Below, in pieces: positions 21,179 through 30,591 of a DNA stretch of 50,203 nt. The notes under the pieces are model-generated. The model worked only from the letters and a program-made list of their open reading frames with translations, had not been told where the DNA came from and made no database searches. The DNA is from Deltaproteobacteria bacterium (GTDB taxonomy: Bacteria > Desulfobacterota > Binatia > UBA9968), in contig JACPFE010000206.1 of assembly GCA_016183145.1 (NCBI GenBank), forward strand, positions 1-50,203. Reading direction: 5' to 3'. The first letter of the stretch is position 1. Each line of letters opens with the position of its first letter. The position numbers were made by a program, and so were the translations under genes.

Positions 21179-21264
21179 CCTCCCCCCTTGCGGGGGAGGA
21201 CAGAGGTGGGGTATCCCACGACGTTCCTTCCCCCATCCTGACCTTCCCCCGCAAGGGGGGAAGG
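21179..21264. repeat. pair of inverted GC-rich hairpin units (REP/BIME-like)
   Basis: CCTCCCCCCTTGCGGGGGAGG (21179-21199) and CCTTCCCCCGCAAGGGGGGAAGG (21242-21264). The second is nearly the reverse complement of the first. Confidence 0.65.
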
Positions 21265-21482
21265 GAGCCAGAGGCCAACCAAGGCTCGCGGATCTTCATA
21301 AGTTCTAAGATGAACGACGGCCAGGAAAAGCAACATGAGCTTCCCCGGATTGATATATTGAGCGTTTATGTCCTTTTCCTTAAAAGTTTCCTTACTTAGC
21401 TCTTACCGATCCAAGGATGTGTTCCGTGACGAAAACTACCAGGATGGTAGCAGCCGGTGGAGAAAACTTTGGATTACTTTCC

Positions 21483-21511
21483 TTGACAATGGTCCGTCTC
21501 GTCCATAGCTT
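21483..21511 (+). promoter_or_regulatory. candidate sigma70-type promoter TTGACA-N17-TAGCTT upstream of hsp20-lon
   Basis: TTGACA at 21483-21488, a 17-nt spacer and TAGCTT at 21506-21511, about 60 nt before the start codon. Confidence 0.35.
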
Positions 21512-21571
21512 ATCTAGTAGCGCCCCTAATCTCAGCTCAGTGTAGGCAAATGGCATCGAGGCTCAGATAAC

Positions 21572-22003
21572 ATGGCATCGCACGATTGGGATTTCTTGAT
21601 TTGGCGGCGAGCTAACGATCTGCTCCAGCAGGCAGAGCGGATCCACAGGAATTTCTTACAGGTCGCCGCCGGCGCCCCCTATCGTGCATCGCACGGCAGA
21701 ACGCCAAGCTGGGAACCTCCCGTTAACGTCGTCGAGACTGACGAAAGCCTCTGGGTGATTTCGGCCCTCCCTGGAGTGGCAGTTGACCGAATGAACGTAC
21801 GGCTCGAGGGACACGAACTTGTCATCGCCGGCGAACGCCCGCTGCCAAGATGCTGCAGTGAAGGAGAACTGAAGATATGGGAGATCCCGCTCGGCCGTTT
21901 TGAGCGACGACTCACGCTGGTCGGAGGCGAGAATCCTTTATTGCTGGGAGAGATTTCTCTCCAGGATGGGCTACTCATCATCGAGCTAAGGAAACATTCA
22001 TGA
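21572..22003 (+). CDS. Hsp20/alpha-crystallin-like protein, translationally coupled to lon
   Basis: 'PPVNVVETDESLWVISALPGV', 'LVIAGERP' and 'FERRLTLV...ISLQDGLLIIELRK'. Its stop forms an ATGA overlap with the lon start. Confidence 0.78.
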   Translation: MASHDWDFLIWRRANDLLQQAERIHRNFLQVAAGAPYRASHGRTPSWEPPVNVVETDESLWVISALPGVAVDRMNVRLEGHELVIAGERPLPRCCSEGELKIWEIPLGRFERRLTLVGGENPLLLGEISLQDGLLIIELRKHS

Positions 22004-24408
22004 ACGCTGAAGCGACGGAAACCCCTAAATCCAAACCGCGCCTCAATATCCCTGCTGGAGCATTGGTCATCATACCTTTACGCAACCGGGTGCTCTTTCC
22101 CTCCATGATCATGCCGCTCATGGTCCGCCGCCCGGCAAGGCTCCAAGCTGTCGAAGAGGCTGTTCGCCAACAACTGCCGATTGGATTTGTCACCCAACGC
22201 GATCCAAACATAGAAGTTCCACAGCCCAAAGACCTGTACGGAGTCGGCACAGCCGCAGACATTCTACGGATGTTTGCTCTGCCGGACGGTCAGCGTCAGA
22301 TCCTCGTTCAAGGCCGCCGCCGCTTTGAGATCGGCGAATTCCTTGAGACCGATCCCGTCCTCATTGCGCGTGTCACCATGGTGGAAGAACGAATTCCTGA
22401 AACCAAGGAGTTCGAGGCGAGAGTCTTACATCTGCGTCAAGAAGCGGCCAGGGCCTTATCGTTATTCCCTGAACCCATGAACGAACTGAGATCGATGATC
22501 GAAAGGACTGAAGATTCCCTAACCGTAATCGATATGATCGCGTCCACATTGGACCTTCCGTCCGCCGAGAAGCAGGAAATTCTCGCGATCCTCGACCCGG
22601 AGGCGCGCGCCCAAAGGGTTTCGGAAAAATTGGCGCGTCAGATCGAATTGCTGGAACTGAGCAGGAAAATCGGCGATGAAACCAAGGAATCGATGGATAA
22701 GTCCCAGCGCCAATATTTCCTGCGCGAGCAATTGAAGGCCATTCAGAAAGAGCTGGGCGAAGAGGATGGGAAAACCGTTGAAGTTGAAGAGCTGCGAAAG
22801 AAACTTTACGAGGCAAAAATGCCCCCGGATGTTGAGAAGGAAGCGCTCAGGGAACTGAACCGGTTCGAGCGCATTCCTGAGATGGCGGCTGAACACTCGT
22901 TGATCAGGACTTACTTTGACTGGTTGGTGGAACTCCCTTGGAGCATTTTCACCAAGGAAGAGATTGAGCTGCCGAAGGCGCGCGAGATTCTGGACGCCGA
23001 CCATTATGGTCTTGAAAAAGTGAAAAAGCGCATCATTGAATTTCTCGCTGTTCGCAAGCTCATGCCGCAAGGGAAGAGCCCGATCCTGTGCTTCGTCGGT
23101 CCTCCGGGAGTAGGAAAGACCTCTCTCGGACAAAGCATCGCTCGGGCCATGAATCGTAAGTTCGTGCGCCAAAGTCTTGGCGGGGTCCACGATGAGGCGG
23201 ATATTCGCGGTCATCGGCGTACCTATGTCGGGGCATTGCCAGGTAATATTATTCAAGGGATTAGAAAGGCAGGCAGTAGAAACCCCGTCTTCATGTTGGA
23301 TGAAGTCGACAAGCTCAGCGCGAGTTTTCAGGGCAACCCATCCGCTGCGTTGCTGGAGGTCCTCGATCCCTCTCAAAATTCAACCTTTCAAGACCATTAC
23401 CTCGCACTGCCTTTCGATCTAAGCCAGGTTTTGTTCATTGCGACAGCCAACGTGCTCGATACGATTCCGGGCCCGCTTCGTGATCGAATGGAGATCTTGG
23501 AATTGCCAGGATACATCGAGGAAGATAAATTGGCCATTGCCAAGGGATACCTCGTACCTCGGCAAATCGCCGAAAACGGTCTCAAGCCCGGAGAGATTAA
23601 TTTTACCGACAATGCGATTCGGGAAATTATCCGGTCCTACACGCGCGAAGCCGGGGTTCGCCAACTCGAGCGTGAGCTGGGAGCTGTCTGCCGGAGTGTA
23701 GCAACGCGCGTCGCGGAGGGATTTAAAGAGACGATAACCGTCAATCAAGAATCTCTCCCTACGTACTTGGGCCCGCAAAAATTCTTCAACGAGATCGCGC
23801 TGCGCACCAGCTTGCCTGGAGTGGCTACCGGCTTGGCCTGGACGCCGTTTGGCGGAGACATCTTGTTTGTCGAAGCGACCAAGATGCCGGGAGACGGTAA
23901 GTTGCTTTTAACCGGCCAGCTCGGCGATGTGATGAAAGAAAGCGCCCAGGCCGCTTTGAGTCTCGTCAAGTCACGCGCGGACACACTTGGTATCGATCCC
24001 GATACCTTCAGGAAGAACGACCTGCACATCCATATCCCCGCGGGAGCTATCCCAAAGGATGGCCCCAGCGCAGGCATCACGCTCTTCGTCGCTCTCGTTT
24101 CACTGCTTACGGGACGGCGCATCAGCAAGGATGTCGCCATGACGGGCGAGATCAGTCTGCGCGGCTTAGTACTGCCGGTGGGAGGGATCAAAGAAAAAAT
24201 GCTGGCAGCCAAGAGAGCTGGTATTTCCTGCGTCTTACTTCCCGATTTGAATCGCAAAGATTTGGAAGAGATTCCCACCTCGGGCCGCGAGGGCATCCGC
24301 TTTGAGTTTTTGAAAACGGCCGACGAGGCCTTGCGGCTTGCCCTGGAGCCCGAAGCCCCGGGTGGTTTTTCCCCCGGTGAAAGACTCGCGGCTCGTTCGC
24401 TTTCCTGA
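22000..24408 (+). CDS. lon: ATP-dependent protease Lon
   Basis: 802 aa. LON N-domain, 'GPPGVGKTSLGQSIA' Walker A, 'FMLDEVDK', and protease-domain 'PKDGPSAGITLFVALVSL' (catalytic Ser). Confidence 0.98.
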   Translation: MNAEATETPKSKPRLNIPAGALVIIPLRNRVLFPSMIMPLMVRRPARLQAVEEAVRQQLPIGFVTQRDPNIEVPQPKDLYGVGTAADILRMFALPDGQRQILVQGRRRFEIGEFLETDPVLIARVTMVEERIPETKEFEARVLHLRQEAARALSLFPEPMNELRSMIERTEDSLTVIDMIASTLDLPSAEKQEILAILDPEARAQRVSEKLARQIELLELSRKIGDETKESMDKSQRQYFLREQLKAIQKELGEEDGKTVEVEELRKKLYEAKMPPDVEKEALRELNRFERIPEMAAEHSLIRTYFDWLVELPWSIFTKEEIELPKAREILDADHYGLEKVKKRIIEFLAVRKLMPQGKSPILCFVGPPGVGKTSLGQSIARAMNRKFVRQSLGGVHDEADIRGHRRTYVGALPGNIIQGIRKAGSRNPVFMLDEVDKLSASFQGNPSAALLEVLDPSQNSTFQDHYLALPFDLSQVLFIATANVLDTIPGPLRDRMEILELPGYIEEDKLAIAKGYLVPRQIAENGLKPGEINFTDNAIREIIRSYTREAGVRQLERELGAVCRSVATRVAEGFKETITVNQESLPTYLGPQKFFNEIALRTSLPGVATGLAWTPFGGDILFVEATKMPGDGKLLLTGQLGDVMKESAQAALSLVKSRADTLGIDPDTFRKNDLHIHIPAGAIPKDGPSAGITLFVALVSLLTGRRISKDVAMTGEISLRGLVLPVGGIKEKMLAAKRAGISCVLLPDLNRKDLEEIPTSGREGIRFEFLKTADEALRLALEPEAPGGFSPGERLAARSLS

Positions 24409-24445
24409 CAAAGGATCTCGCCATCACCCGTCTGATGCTTTCCTC

Positions 24446-24796
24446 TTAACTTTTCGTTGCCGTTTCATCCTTGGCAAAATATCGCTCGAGGAAAGCGCCC
24501 AGCGGACCGCGCGCCGCCTTTCTCAGAATCCCCTCCAGCTCGCCTTTATCCAGCCAAATCCCTTCACAGCTTTCGCAGCGATCTAAGGCAAAATCCATAA
24601 ACTTATAGCTCTCAAGCTTCCCCGAACACTTTGGACAGTTCACTATCTGTCCTGCCCGCTGGGCCGCTTCAATCTTTTGAAACTCGGCCTTCATCCCCTC
24701 AATCAGTTCGTGCTCTTTCGCGGCAAAATAACTATCTTCATTGGAGCGCTCGTCGAAGTTCAGCTTTTCTCCCGAGCGATCCTTTTCGTTCTCCAT
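24446..24796 (-). CDS. TFIIB-type zinc-ribbon domain protein
   Basis: 'CPKCSGKLESYKFMDFALDRCESCEGIWLDKGELEGIL' (four-Cys ribbon). The ATG at 24796 is preceded by GGAGAG. The ORF track start is 24829. Confidence 0.7.
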   Translation of the reverse strand: MENEKDRSGEKLNFDERSNEDSYFAAKEHELIEGMKAEFQKIEAAQRAGQIVNCPKCSGKLESYKFMDFALDRCESCEGIWLDKGELEGILRKAARGPLGAFLERYFAKDETATKS

Positions 24797-24843
24797 GGTT
24801 TTGCTCTCCTGAATTCTACGGATCAACAACAGCTAACGTGCAA

Positions 24844-26955
24844 TTAGGTGTCGCGTTCGAGGTTCCTCTCATGACTCTCACTCTCCTGTGTGTCTGCGGA
24901 TTTCTTTTTTTCATTTGTTTCCTTGGCGCTGTCGATGCTCCTCACTTTTAGAATCGCTTGCAAAGCGGGTCTGTCGACGACTTCCTTTTCCAGCAGCAGT
25001 TTGGCCAACTCTTCCAGTGCCGCTCGGCGAGAGATTAGTAGATCGCGAGCTCTGGTATGAGAGTCGGTCAGTATTTGTTTTACTTCTTCGTCAATGAGCC
25101 GGGCGGTTTCTTCGCTGTACTCTTTGGGACTGTAAGTGGGCACCATCAGGAACGTGGCGGTCCTGGGCCCTTCGAGAGAGACGAAGCCAAGCTTCTCGCT
25201 CATGCCGAATTGGGTGATCATCGTCCTGGCAATCTCGGTGGCTCGCTGCAAATCGTTCTGAGCGCCGGTTGATATGTCGCCGAAGACAATCTCCTCCGCT
25301 ACTCTTCCTCCAAGAAGGACACAGATCCGCGCCAGTAGTTCGGAACGGGTCATGAGATAACGGTCTTCCGTCGGTAGCTGGCTTGTGTAACCCAAGGCGG
25401 CGACTCCCCTCGGGATAATGGAGATCTTGGAAACGGGATCAGCCCCAGGCACCAGCTCCGCCACCAGCGCGTGACCCGACTCATGATAGGCGACGACCTT
25501 TTTCTCCTTGGGATTGATCACGTGGCTCTTCTTTTGTAGTCCCGCGACCACCCGTTCGATCGCCTCGTCAAATTCCGCCATCTCTATCGACTCCTTGTCC
25601 TGACGCGCCGCCAGCAACGCAGCCTCGTTGACGATGTTGGCGAGATCGGCGCCGACGAAGCCCGGGGTTTTGGCCGCCACGATAGCCAGATCCAAATCAG
25701 CAGAGAGTTTGACCTTCTTCGCGTGCAGCTGGAGGATTTTCGTGCGTCCCTTGATATCGGGACGATCCACCAGAATTTGCCGGTCAAATCGGCCGGGGCG
25801 CAACAGGGCGGCGTCCAAAATCTCCGGCCGGTTGGTGGCGGCCATGATAATGACCCCTTGGTTCGGATCGAACCCATCCATTTCAGCTAACAGCTGATTG
25901 AGGGTTTGTTCCCGCTCGTCGTTGCTCGTGAGCATGCTCACTCCCCTGGCCTTTCCAATCGCATCGAGCTCATCGATGAAGATGATGCTGGGGGCATGCT
26001 TGACTGCTTGCATAAAAAGATCTCTTACCCGCGCCGCTCCGATACCGACAAACATCTCGACAAAATCGGAACCGGTCAGGCTGAAGAATGGCACACCGGC
26101 CTCGCCGGCCACCGCGCGGGCAAGCAGGGTTTTACCCGTACCCGGCGGCCCCACGATCAAAACACCCTTGGGGATACGCCCACCCAATCTTTGATACTTA
26201 TCCGGATCCTTTAGAAATCCGACAACCTCGGCGACCTCTTCCTCGGCTTCGTCGATCCCCGCGACATCGGCGAATGTTACGCCGGTTTTTTTCTCAATGT
26301 AGACTTTCGCCTTGCTCTTGCCAATTTGCATTAAGCCGCCGCCTGCTGACCCCATCTTCTTGCCAATGTAGCTCCACACCAGAAAAAACAGGGCTACTGG
26401 AACCACCCAGGATAAAATGGTCGGTAGCCAAGTACTGGTTACCTCTCCCCGGAACGGTACTCTGGCCTTTTCCAGCTCGGCGGTCAGGCCGGGATCTTCT
26501 ACGCGCACCGCTGCAAACGGGAAAGGTTTTTTGCCTTCGACGATTTCCGGGGGAAGCGTTTTTACTTTCTCCGGCGTGAAAATTTCCTTAACTGCCTCTC
26601 CTTTCATGTTGCCTTCAATAGCTGTCTCGCCGATAGCCACATCAGCGATGAGGCCCTTATTGAGCAGTGACTTGAATTGGCTGTAGTGGATAATCTCGAC
26701 ACGGGTACGGCCATAATAGTTCTGGATCATCAGGATCGTGAAAAATGCGAAGATGAAGTACCAAATGGAAAATTGCCGGTGTTTCTTTTCCATAGGTATC
26801 CTATTCTTCTTTATCGCTTCGTAACTGGTTCGCAGACCGGCGAGGAACCCTTTCCGAGGCTCCGGCTGACCGGCTTCCTCTGGCGTTTTGGCTGTCTGCA
26901 GGATCGACGAGTGCGGGTCTCTCCAGTTTACGAACTTACAAATCGATATTTTCAT
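24844..26955 (-). CDS. ftsH: ATP-dependent zinc metalloprotease FtsH
   Basis: '[23 protein letters not shown]', '[11 protein letters not shown]', SRH '[20 protein letters not shown]' and 'HESGHAL' zinc motif. The start is uncertain: an alternative ATG at 26793 ('[13 protein letters not shown]') lies just before the first TM. Confidence 0.95.
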   Translation of the reverse strand: MKISICKFVNWRDPHSSILQTAKTPEEAGQPEPRKGFLAGLRTSYEAIKKNRIPMEKKHRQFSIWYFIFAFFTILMIQNYYGRTRVEIIHYSQFKSLLNKGLIADVAIGETAIEGNMKGEAVKEIFTPEKVKTLPPEIVEGKKPFPFAAVRVEDPGLTAELEKARVPFRGEVTSTWLPTILSWVVPVALFFLVWSYIGKKMGSAGGGLMQIGKSKAKVYIEKKTGVTFADVAGIDEAEEEVAEVVGFLKDPDKYQRLGGRIPKGVLIVGPPGTGKTLLARAVAGEAGVPFFSLTGSDFVEMFVGIGAARVRDLFMQAVKHAPSIIFIDELDAIGKARGVSMLTSNDEREQTLNQLLAEMDGFDPNQGVIIMAATNRPEILDAALLRPGRFDRQILVDRPDIKGRTKILQLHAKKVKLSADLDLAIVAAKTPGFVGADLANIVNEAALLAARQDKESIEMAEFDEAIERVVAGLQKKSHVINPKEKKVVAYHESGHALVAELVPGADPVSKISIIPRGVAALGYTSQLPTEDRYLMTRSELLARICVLLGGRVAEEIVFGDISTGAQNDLQRATEIARTMITQFGMSEKLGFVSLEGPRTATFLMVPTYSPKEYSEETARLIDEEVKQILTDSHTRARDLLISRRAALEELAKLLLEKEVVDRPALQAILKVRSIDSAKETNEKKKSADTQESESHERNLERDT

Positions 26956-27098
26956 GAATCAGCGGCTTCCTCTTGTCTATTCGAAAAACTATTGTTCTTG
27001 TCAAAGGCCAAATCCCGGCAACCCAAAGGAAAACTTATCTTTTCAACCGCCTCCGGCCTATCTTTGATTTTCCATTTAAACTTACGCCGGCTGGGGAA

Positions 27099-27135
27099 GG
27101 ATTGCTGTCCAATATTGGACCATTAGGAAAGAATT
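27099..27135 (-). promoter_or_regulatory. conserved palindrome-containing element, copy C (upstream of ftsH)
   Basis: Plus strand: GGATTGCTGTCCAATATTGGACCATTAGGAAAGAATT. Perfect 12-bp dyad GTCCAATATTGGAC. 144 nt from the ftsH ORF start at 26955. Confidence 0.6.
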
Positions 27136-27308
27136 GTGGCGCTGTTATAGAAGACCCTGTCAGTGCTCGCATCCACCAACGAATCACAAACCCACGACGT
27201 ACGAAGGTGTGTGAAAAGCCTGCGGATTTGACGGGGCCGGGAGATCTCGGTCAAGTATCGGAAACGGACGTAATTTTCTTCGGCGACGCGATCGGCGCGA
27301 GTAGGCGA

Positions 27309-27707
27309 CTAGACGCGGTCGATCGCCTGTTTGATGGAGTCGAAGTTGAACATCGTGCTCCACGACGCCCCAGCACTTTGCAGGACGGGCGGCGAGTTGT
27401 AAATCGAATCGGTCTTGACGGCCACAAGCTTTTTCTTGAGTTCGACCGCCTTCCGGACTTCCCACGCCACCCAGCCGCTGCGGAAGCTTTCTTTGCCGAC
27501 GATGTACAGGAAGTAACTTGCGTCGCCTATACGCGCGGCGAGTTCCTGTTTGATAGCCGCCGCCCCAGGACTATCGACCGCGATACCGAAGGACTGGTCG
27601 TACGACGAGAAATCGAATTCTTTGTTGGCGTCCCACCCAAGCAGCCGATCCTTGGCAGCCTTGTCATTGTCATACTCGTAGCCGATGAACACTTTATTCG
27701 TAGCCAT
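27309..27707 (-). CDS. TIR-like domain protein (DUF1863/MTH538-type, ThsB-like)
   Basis: 133 aa with 'KVFIGYEYDNDK', 'ASYFLYIVGKESFRSGWVAWEVRKAVELKKKLVAVK', as I recall for stand-alone bacterial TIR-like proteins. I prefer the start 'MATNKVF' at 27707, because the ORF-track extension runs into copy D. Confidence 0.6.
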   Translation of the reverse strand: MATNKVFIGYEYDNDKAAKDRLLGWDANKEFDFSSYDQSFGIAVDSPGAAAIKQELAARIGDASYFLYIVGKESFRSGWVAWEVRKAVELKKKLVAVKTDSIYNSPPVLQSAGASWSTMFNFDSIKQAIDRV

Positions 27708-27808
27708 GCGCTTTTTCCTTTTCGGCGATGAACTAATGGCAAAAGATCTTATAACCGCAGAGTGAAACCCCATGCCTAGAATTGGTCTAACGTTACGCTG
27801 ACTCGAAA

Positions 27809-27848
27809 GGGATTGCTGTCCAATATTGGACAATGTTGAAAAGAACTT
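27809..27848 (-). promoter_or_regulatory. conserved palindrome-containing element, copy D (upstream of TIR-like gene)
   Basis: Plus strand: GGGATTGCTGTCCAATATTGGACAATGTTGAAAAGAACTT. Perfect 16-bp palindrome TGTCCAATATTGGACA. 102 nt from the start at 27707. Confidence 0.6.
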
Positions 27849-27938
27849 TCATTCACCGCGACGATCGATTGCAGTCGCCTCATGTGGTTTTGCGGCACGG
27901 CTATCCCGCCTTTTAGCGGCTCAAGTCCGGTCCCTCGT

Positions 27939-28169
27939 TTAACTTCTCACCATCCATATGAGCTCTTGGAGTCTCAAGCGCATCGGATTGTTCGGATCGG
28001 GGTCCTGAATGTCGTCAATTCGCTTAAACCTTTTCTGTAAGTCGTAGCGCAACATCTGTTTCCTTTGCCCGTAAGCAACGATCGATTGCGAACTGCTCGA
28101 CCAAGTGCGCCCTTTGTCTGCGCTGTAGAGTTTGACACGCTGACCGTAGATCTCGATTTGTTTGATCAT
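27939..28169 (-). CDS. hypothetical protein (76 aa)
   Basis: ORF only. Its start overlaps the stop of the upstream small ORF by 4 nt. No recognisable motif. Confidence 0.4.
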   Translation of the reverse strand: MIKQIEIYGQRVKLYSADKGRTWSSSSQSIVAYGQRKQMLRYDLQKRFKRIDDIQDPDPNNPMRLRLQELIWMVRS

Positions 28170-28444
28170 GGCATTCTCCTAACCCTTGGTAAGGGTTTGT
28201 TGCGACGTGATCGTGCATGTCGCAAGCGAATTGCCGTGCGAGGTTCGGCATCGTCTGGAGTCGGCCGGTTAGGAGTAGAATGACGAGGATAAACAGCACC
28301 ACCGCGGCGAAGACCGAGGGACCGCAGCCAAACGAGTGATAACCCCAGCGGGGCAGACACTAGCCCGAGAACGATGAGAGCGATACCAATGAGCATTATC
28401 TGATTGATACGCATAAGGGCTCCTTCCTTCGTTTTGAAGCCCAT
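28166..28444 (-). CDS. hypothetical small membrane protein (frame uncertain)
   Basis: One clear TM ('IMLIGIALIVLGLVSAPLGLSLVWL') followed by a Pro/Arg-rich tail. A competing ORF in another frame (28024-28302) makes the call weak. Confidence 0.3.
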   Translation of the reverse strand: MGFKTKEGALMRINQIMLIGIALIVLGLVSAPLGLSLVWLRSLGLRRGGAVYPRHSTPNRPTPDDAEPRTAIRLRHARSRRNKPLPRVRRMP

Positions 28445-28552
28445 ATGGCTACCAGTATTAAGAGGTTTAAGTCAGGCTTACTTGAAGACATTCAAATAAC
28501 CTCAGGAGTAAAACCCCACCCCAAAGTGCTTTAACAGTATACCGGCTCGGCA

Positions 28553-28592
28553 GGGATTTCTGTCTAATATTGGACGATTTTGAAAGGAATTA
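28553..28592 (-). promoter_or_regulatory. conserved palindrome-containing element, copy E (divergent region between small ORF and dnaJ)
   Basis: Plus strand: GGGATTTCTGTCTAATATTGGACGATTTTGAAAGGAATTA. 109 nt from the start at 28444 and about 150 nt upstream of the dnaJ ATG on the other strand. Confidence 0.6.
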
Positions 28593-28706
28593 TCGCGCGG
28601 CCCGTACGGCCACGCGGAATCGCTCTCCTCGACCCCTGTGCATGGCTTGCGTCCGTAAACGCCCAGGACTTGCTAAGATCTATGAAAAGTCGGTGGATTT
28701 TTCCTC

Positions 28707-28734
28707 TTGCAACTCTCCACTTCGGCGCTATTCT
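28707..28734 (+). promoter_or_regulatory. candidate promoter TTGCAA-N16-TATTCT immediately upstream of dnaJ (possibly leaderless mRNA)
   Basis: The -10-like TATTCT ends 9 nt before the dnaJ ATG (28744). There is no Shine-Dalgarno sequence between them. Confidence 0.3.
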
Positions 28735-28743
28735 ACCCTGACA

Positions 28744-29865
28744 ATGGCAGAAGGCGATTACTACCAGATCCTCGGCGTCGATCGCGGCGCCTCCCACGAA
28801 GAGATCCGCAAGGCGTACCGCAAGCTCGCGCGCAAGTATCACCCGGACCTCAACCCGGGAAATAAGGAAGCCGAAACTAAATTCAAAGATATCTCGGTCG
28901 CCCACGATATCCTGAGCGATCCGGCAAAGCGCAAACTCTACGACGAGTTCGGCGAGGCGGGACTCGCGGCCGGTTTCGACGCCGAAAAGACGCGCAGCTA
29001 CCAACAGTGGCAGCAGCAGTCGGCGCGGGCGGGCGGCGCTTACGAATTCAACATGGACGATCTCGGCGATCTCTTCGGCGATCTGGGTGGTTTCTCCACG
29101 GCAGGCGCTAGAACGCGACCGGGTCCGGCGCCCGGTCAGGATATCGAAGCGTCGATGGACATCGATTTTCTCGACGCCGTGCGCGGCTTTCAGACGTCAA
29201 TAACGCTTCAGCGGCCCGTCCAATGCGATACCTGTCATGGCGCCGGAACCAAACCGGGAACAAAGCCGACCGCGTGCCCCGACTGCCACGGCACCGGCAG
29301 CAAGTCGGTGAGTCAGGGACCGCTACAATTTCGCCGCACCTGCCCGCGCTGCATAGGAAGCGGGCAGTTACCGGGAGAACCCTGCGGTGTGTGCCGGGGC
29401 ACGGGCCGGGTGGTGCGCACCGAGACGATTCGCGTCAATATCCCACCCGGGGCCGAGCCGGGAAAGCGGATTCGCCTGCGCGGAAAAGGCGAGGCGGGTG
29501 TACGCGGTGGGCCAGCGGGAGACTTGTACATTGCTCCGCGCATCCGGCCGCACCCGTTTCTCACGCGCTCAGGCAAGGATGTATCCATGGAGCTGCCGAT
29601 CACGGTTGGCGAGGCGGTGCGTGGCACCATGGTCGAGGTTCCCACGCCGGTCGGAACGATCAAAGTCAAGATTCCGGCGGGCGCGCAGAGCGGCCAGCGC
29701 CTGCGCGTCAAAGGCAAGGGAGTTGCCGCCCACGGGCAAAGCCCGGCCGGAGATTTCTATCTGCGGCTCATGGTTCGCGTGCCGAAGGAAAGAGTCGCGC
29801 ACGATGTCATCGAGAAAATCGACCAGGCCTACGGCGAAGACGTGCGCAAAGACGTGCGGCTGTAG
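28744..29865 (+). CDS. dnaJ: molecular chaperone DnaJ (type I, with zinc-finger domain)
   Basis: J-domain '[35 protein letters not shown]', G/F-rich linker and four CxxCxGxG repeats ('CDTCHGAG', 'CPDCHGTG', 'CPRCIGSG', 'CGVCRGTG'). The ORF-track upstream extension (28570) is implausible. Confidence 0.95.
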   Translation: MAEGDYYQILGVDRGASHEEIRKAYRKLARKYHPDLNPGNKEAETKFKDISVAHDILSDPAKRKLYDEFGEAGLAAGFDAEKTRSYQQWQQQSARAGGAYEFNMDDLGDLFGDLGGFSTAGARTRPGPAPGQDIEASMDIDFLDAVRGFQTSITLQRPVQCDTCHGAGTKPGTKPTACPDCHGTGSKSVSQGPLQFRRTCPRCIGSGQLPGEPCGVCRGTGRVVRTETIRVNIPPGAEPGKRIRLRGKGEAGVRGGPAGDLYIAPRIRPHPFLTRSGKDVSMELPITVGEAVRGTMVEVPTPVGTIKVKIPAGAQSGQRLRVKGKGVAAHGQSPAGDFYLRLMVRVPKERVAHDVIEKIDQAYGEDVRKDVRL

Positions 29866-29880
29866 CAGGGGAGGCGAGCG

Positions 29881-30174
29881 ATGCCCCGAAAGTTTCTGCG
29901 CATTACCGAGGTCGTTAAGATTTGCGGCGTTGACGAGGAATTCGTCATCCGCTTGGAAAGGGAGAAGGTGATTTACCCGATCGTCCGGCGCAGCCGGAAA
30001 CTTTACCCCTTGGATCAGGTCGATCGCGTGCGCGTGGCCCGCCTGCTCATCGAAGAAATGGGAGTGAATCTGGAAGGCGCCGAGGTCGCGCTCCACATGC
30101 GCGACCAGATGATCGCGATGCAGCGCCAGTTCAACGAACTCTTGCGCCTGCTCGGCCGGGAGTTGAAGAGATAG
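29881..30174 (+). CDS. MerR-family HTH protein (HspR/CbpM-like chaperone-linked regulator)
   Basis: 97 aa with 'LRITEVVKICGVDEEFVIRLEREKVI' (MerR-type HTH), directly downstream of dnaJ. Confidence 0.75.
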   Translation: MPRKFLRITEVVKICGVDEEFVIRLEREKVIYPIVRRSRKLYPLDQVDRVRVARLLIEEMGVNLEGAEVALHMRDQMIAMQRQFNELLRLLGRELKR

Positions 30175-30201
30175 GAGAAACGATCTGAACGGCATTGAAA
30201 G

Positions 30202-30420
30202 CTAGGGATTGTCATCAATCCATGCTTTCGCCATCTCGGTCATAAACCTTTCCGCATCCTGCCAATTTTCGAACTGAACTAGCGGTCCGGTTATCGTGTG
30301 CGATTCTCGCAGACCGTCGGTTCTCCAACTGACGTCAGCCATAGGAATCCAAAATGCAGTGGCTTCGTCGAAGCGTGCGAAGTTGACGATGGAGCGATCT
30401 TTGTAGAGCAAGTTGGCCAT
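30202..30420 (-). CDS. hypothetical protein (72 aa)
   Basis: ORF only. Confidence 0.4.
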   Translation of the reverse strand: MANLLYKDRSIVNFARFDEATAFWIPMADVSWRTDGLRESHTITGPLVQFENWQDAERFMTEMAKAWIDDNP

Positions 30421-30591
30421 ACGGAAACCTCCCTGTTCGGGCTTCCGGTCCCGCTGACCCGGGTCTTAAGCTCGGACAAAATTCTAAGTTACTCCTTCGC
30501 AATCTCCAGATTCAGGCATTGCAATCTTGGCAATCGTTCCCGAATCACCGACTTAAGGCTGACGCCACTTCTCCTTGACGCCAAAAACCGG

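Noticed and set aside
26973-27731. 252-aa plus-strand ORF spanning the ftsH upstream region and the TIR-like gene.
   Set aside because: It runs through element copy C and is antisense to the better-supported TIR-like ORF. It has no recognisable motif and is Arg/Pro-rich.
29223-29971. 231-aa and 194-aa alternative-frame ORFs inside dnaJ.
   Set aside because: They are out-of-frame readings of a clear DnaJ gene, and their Arg-rich composition is characteristic of frame artefacts.
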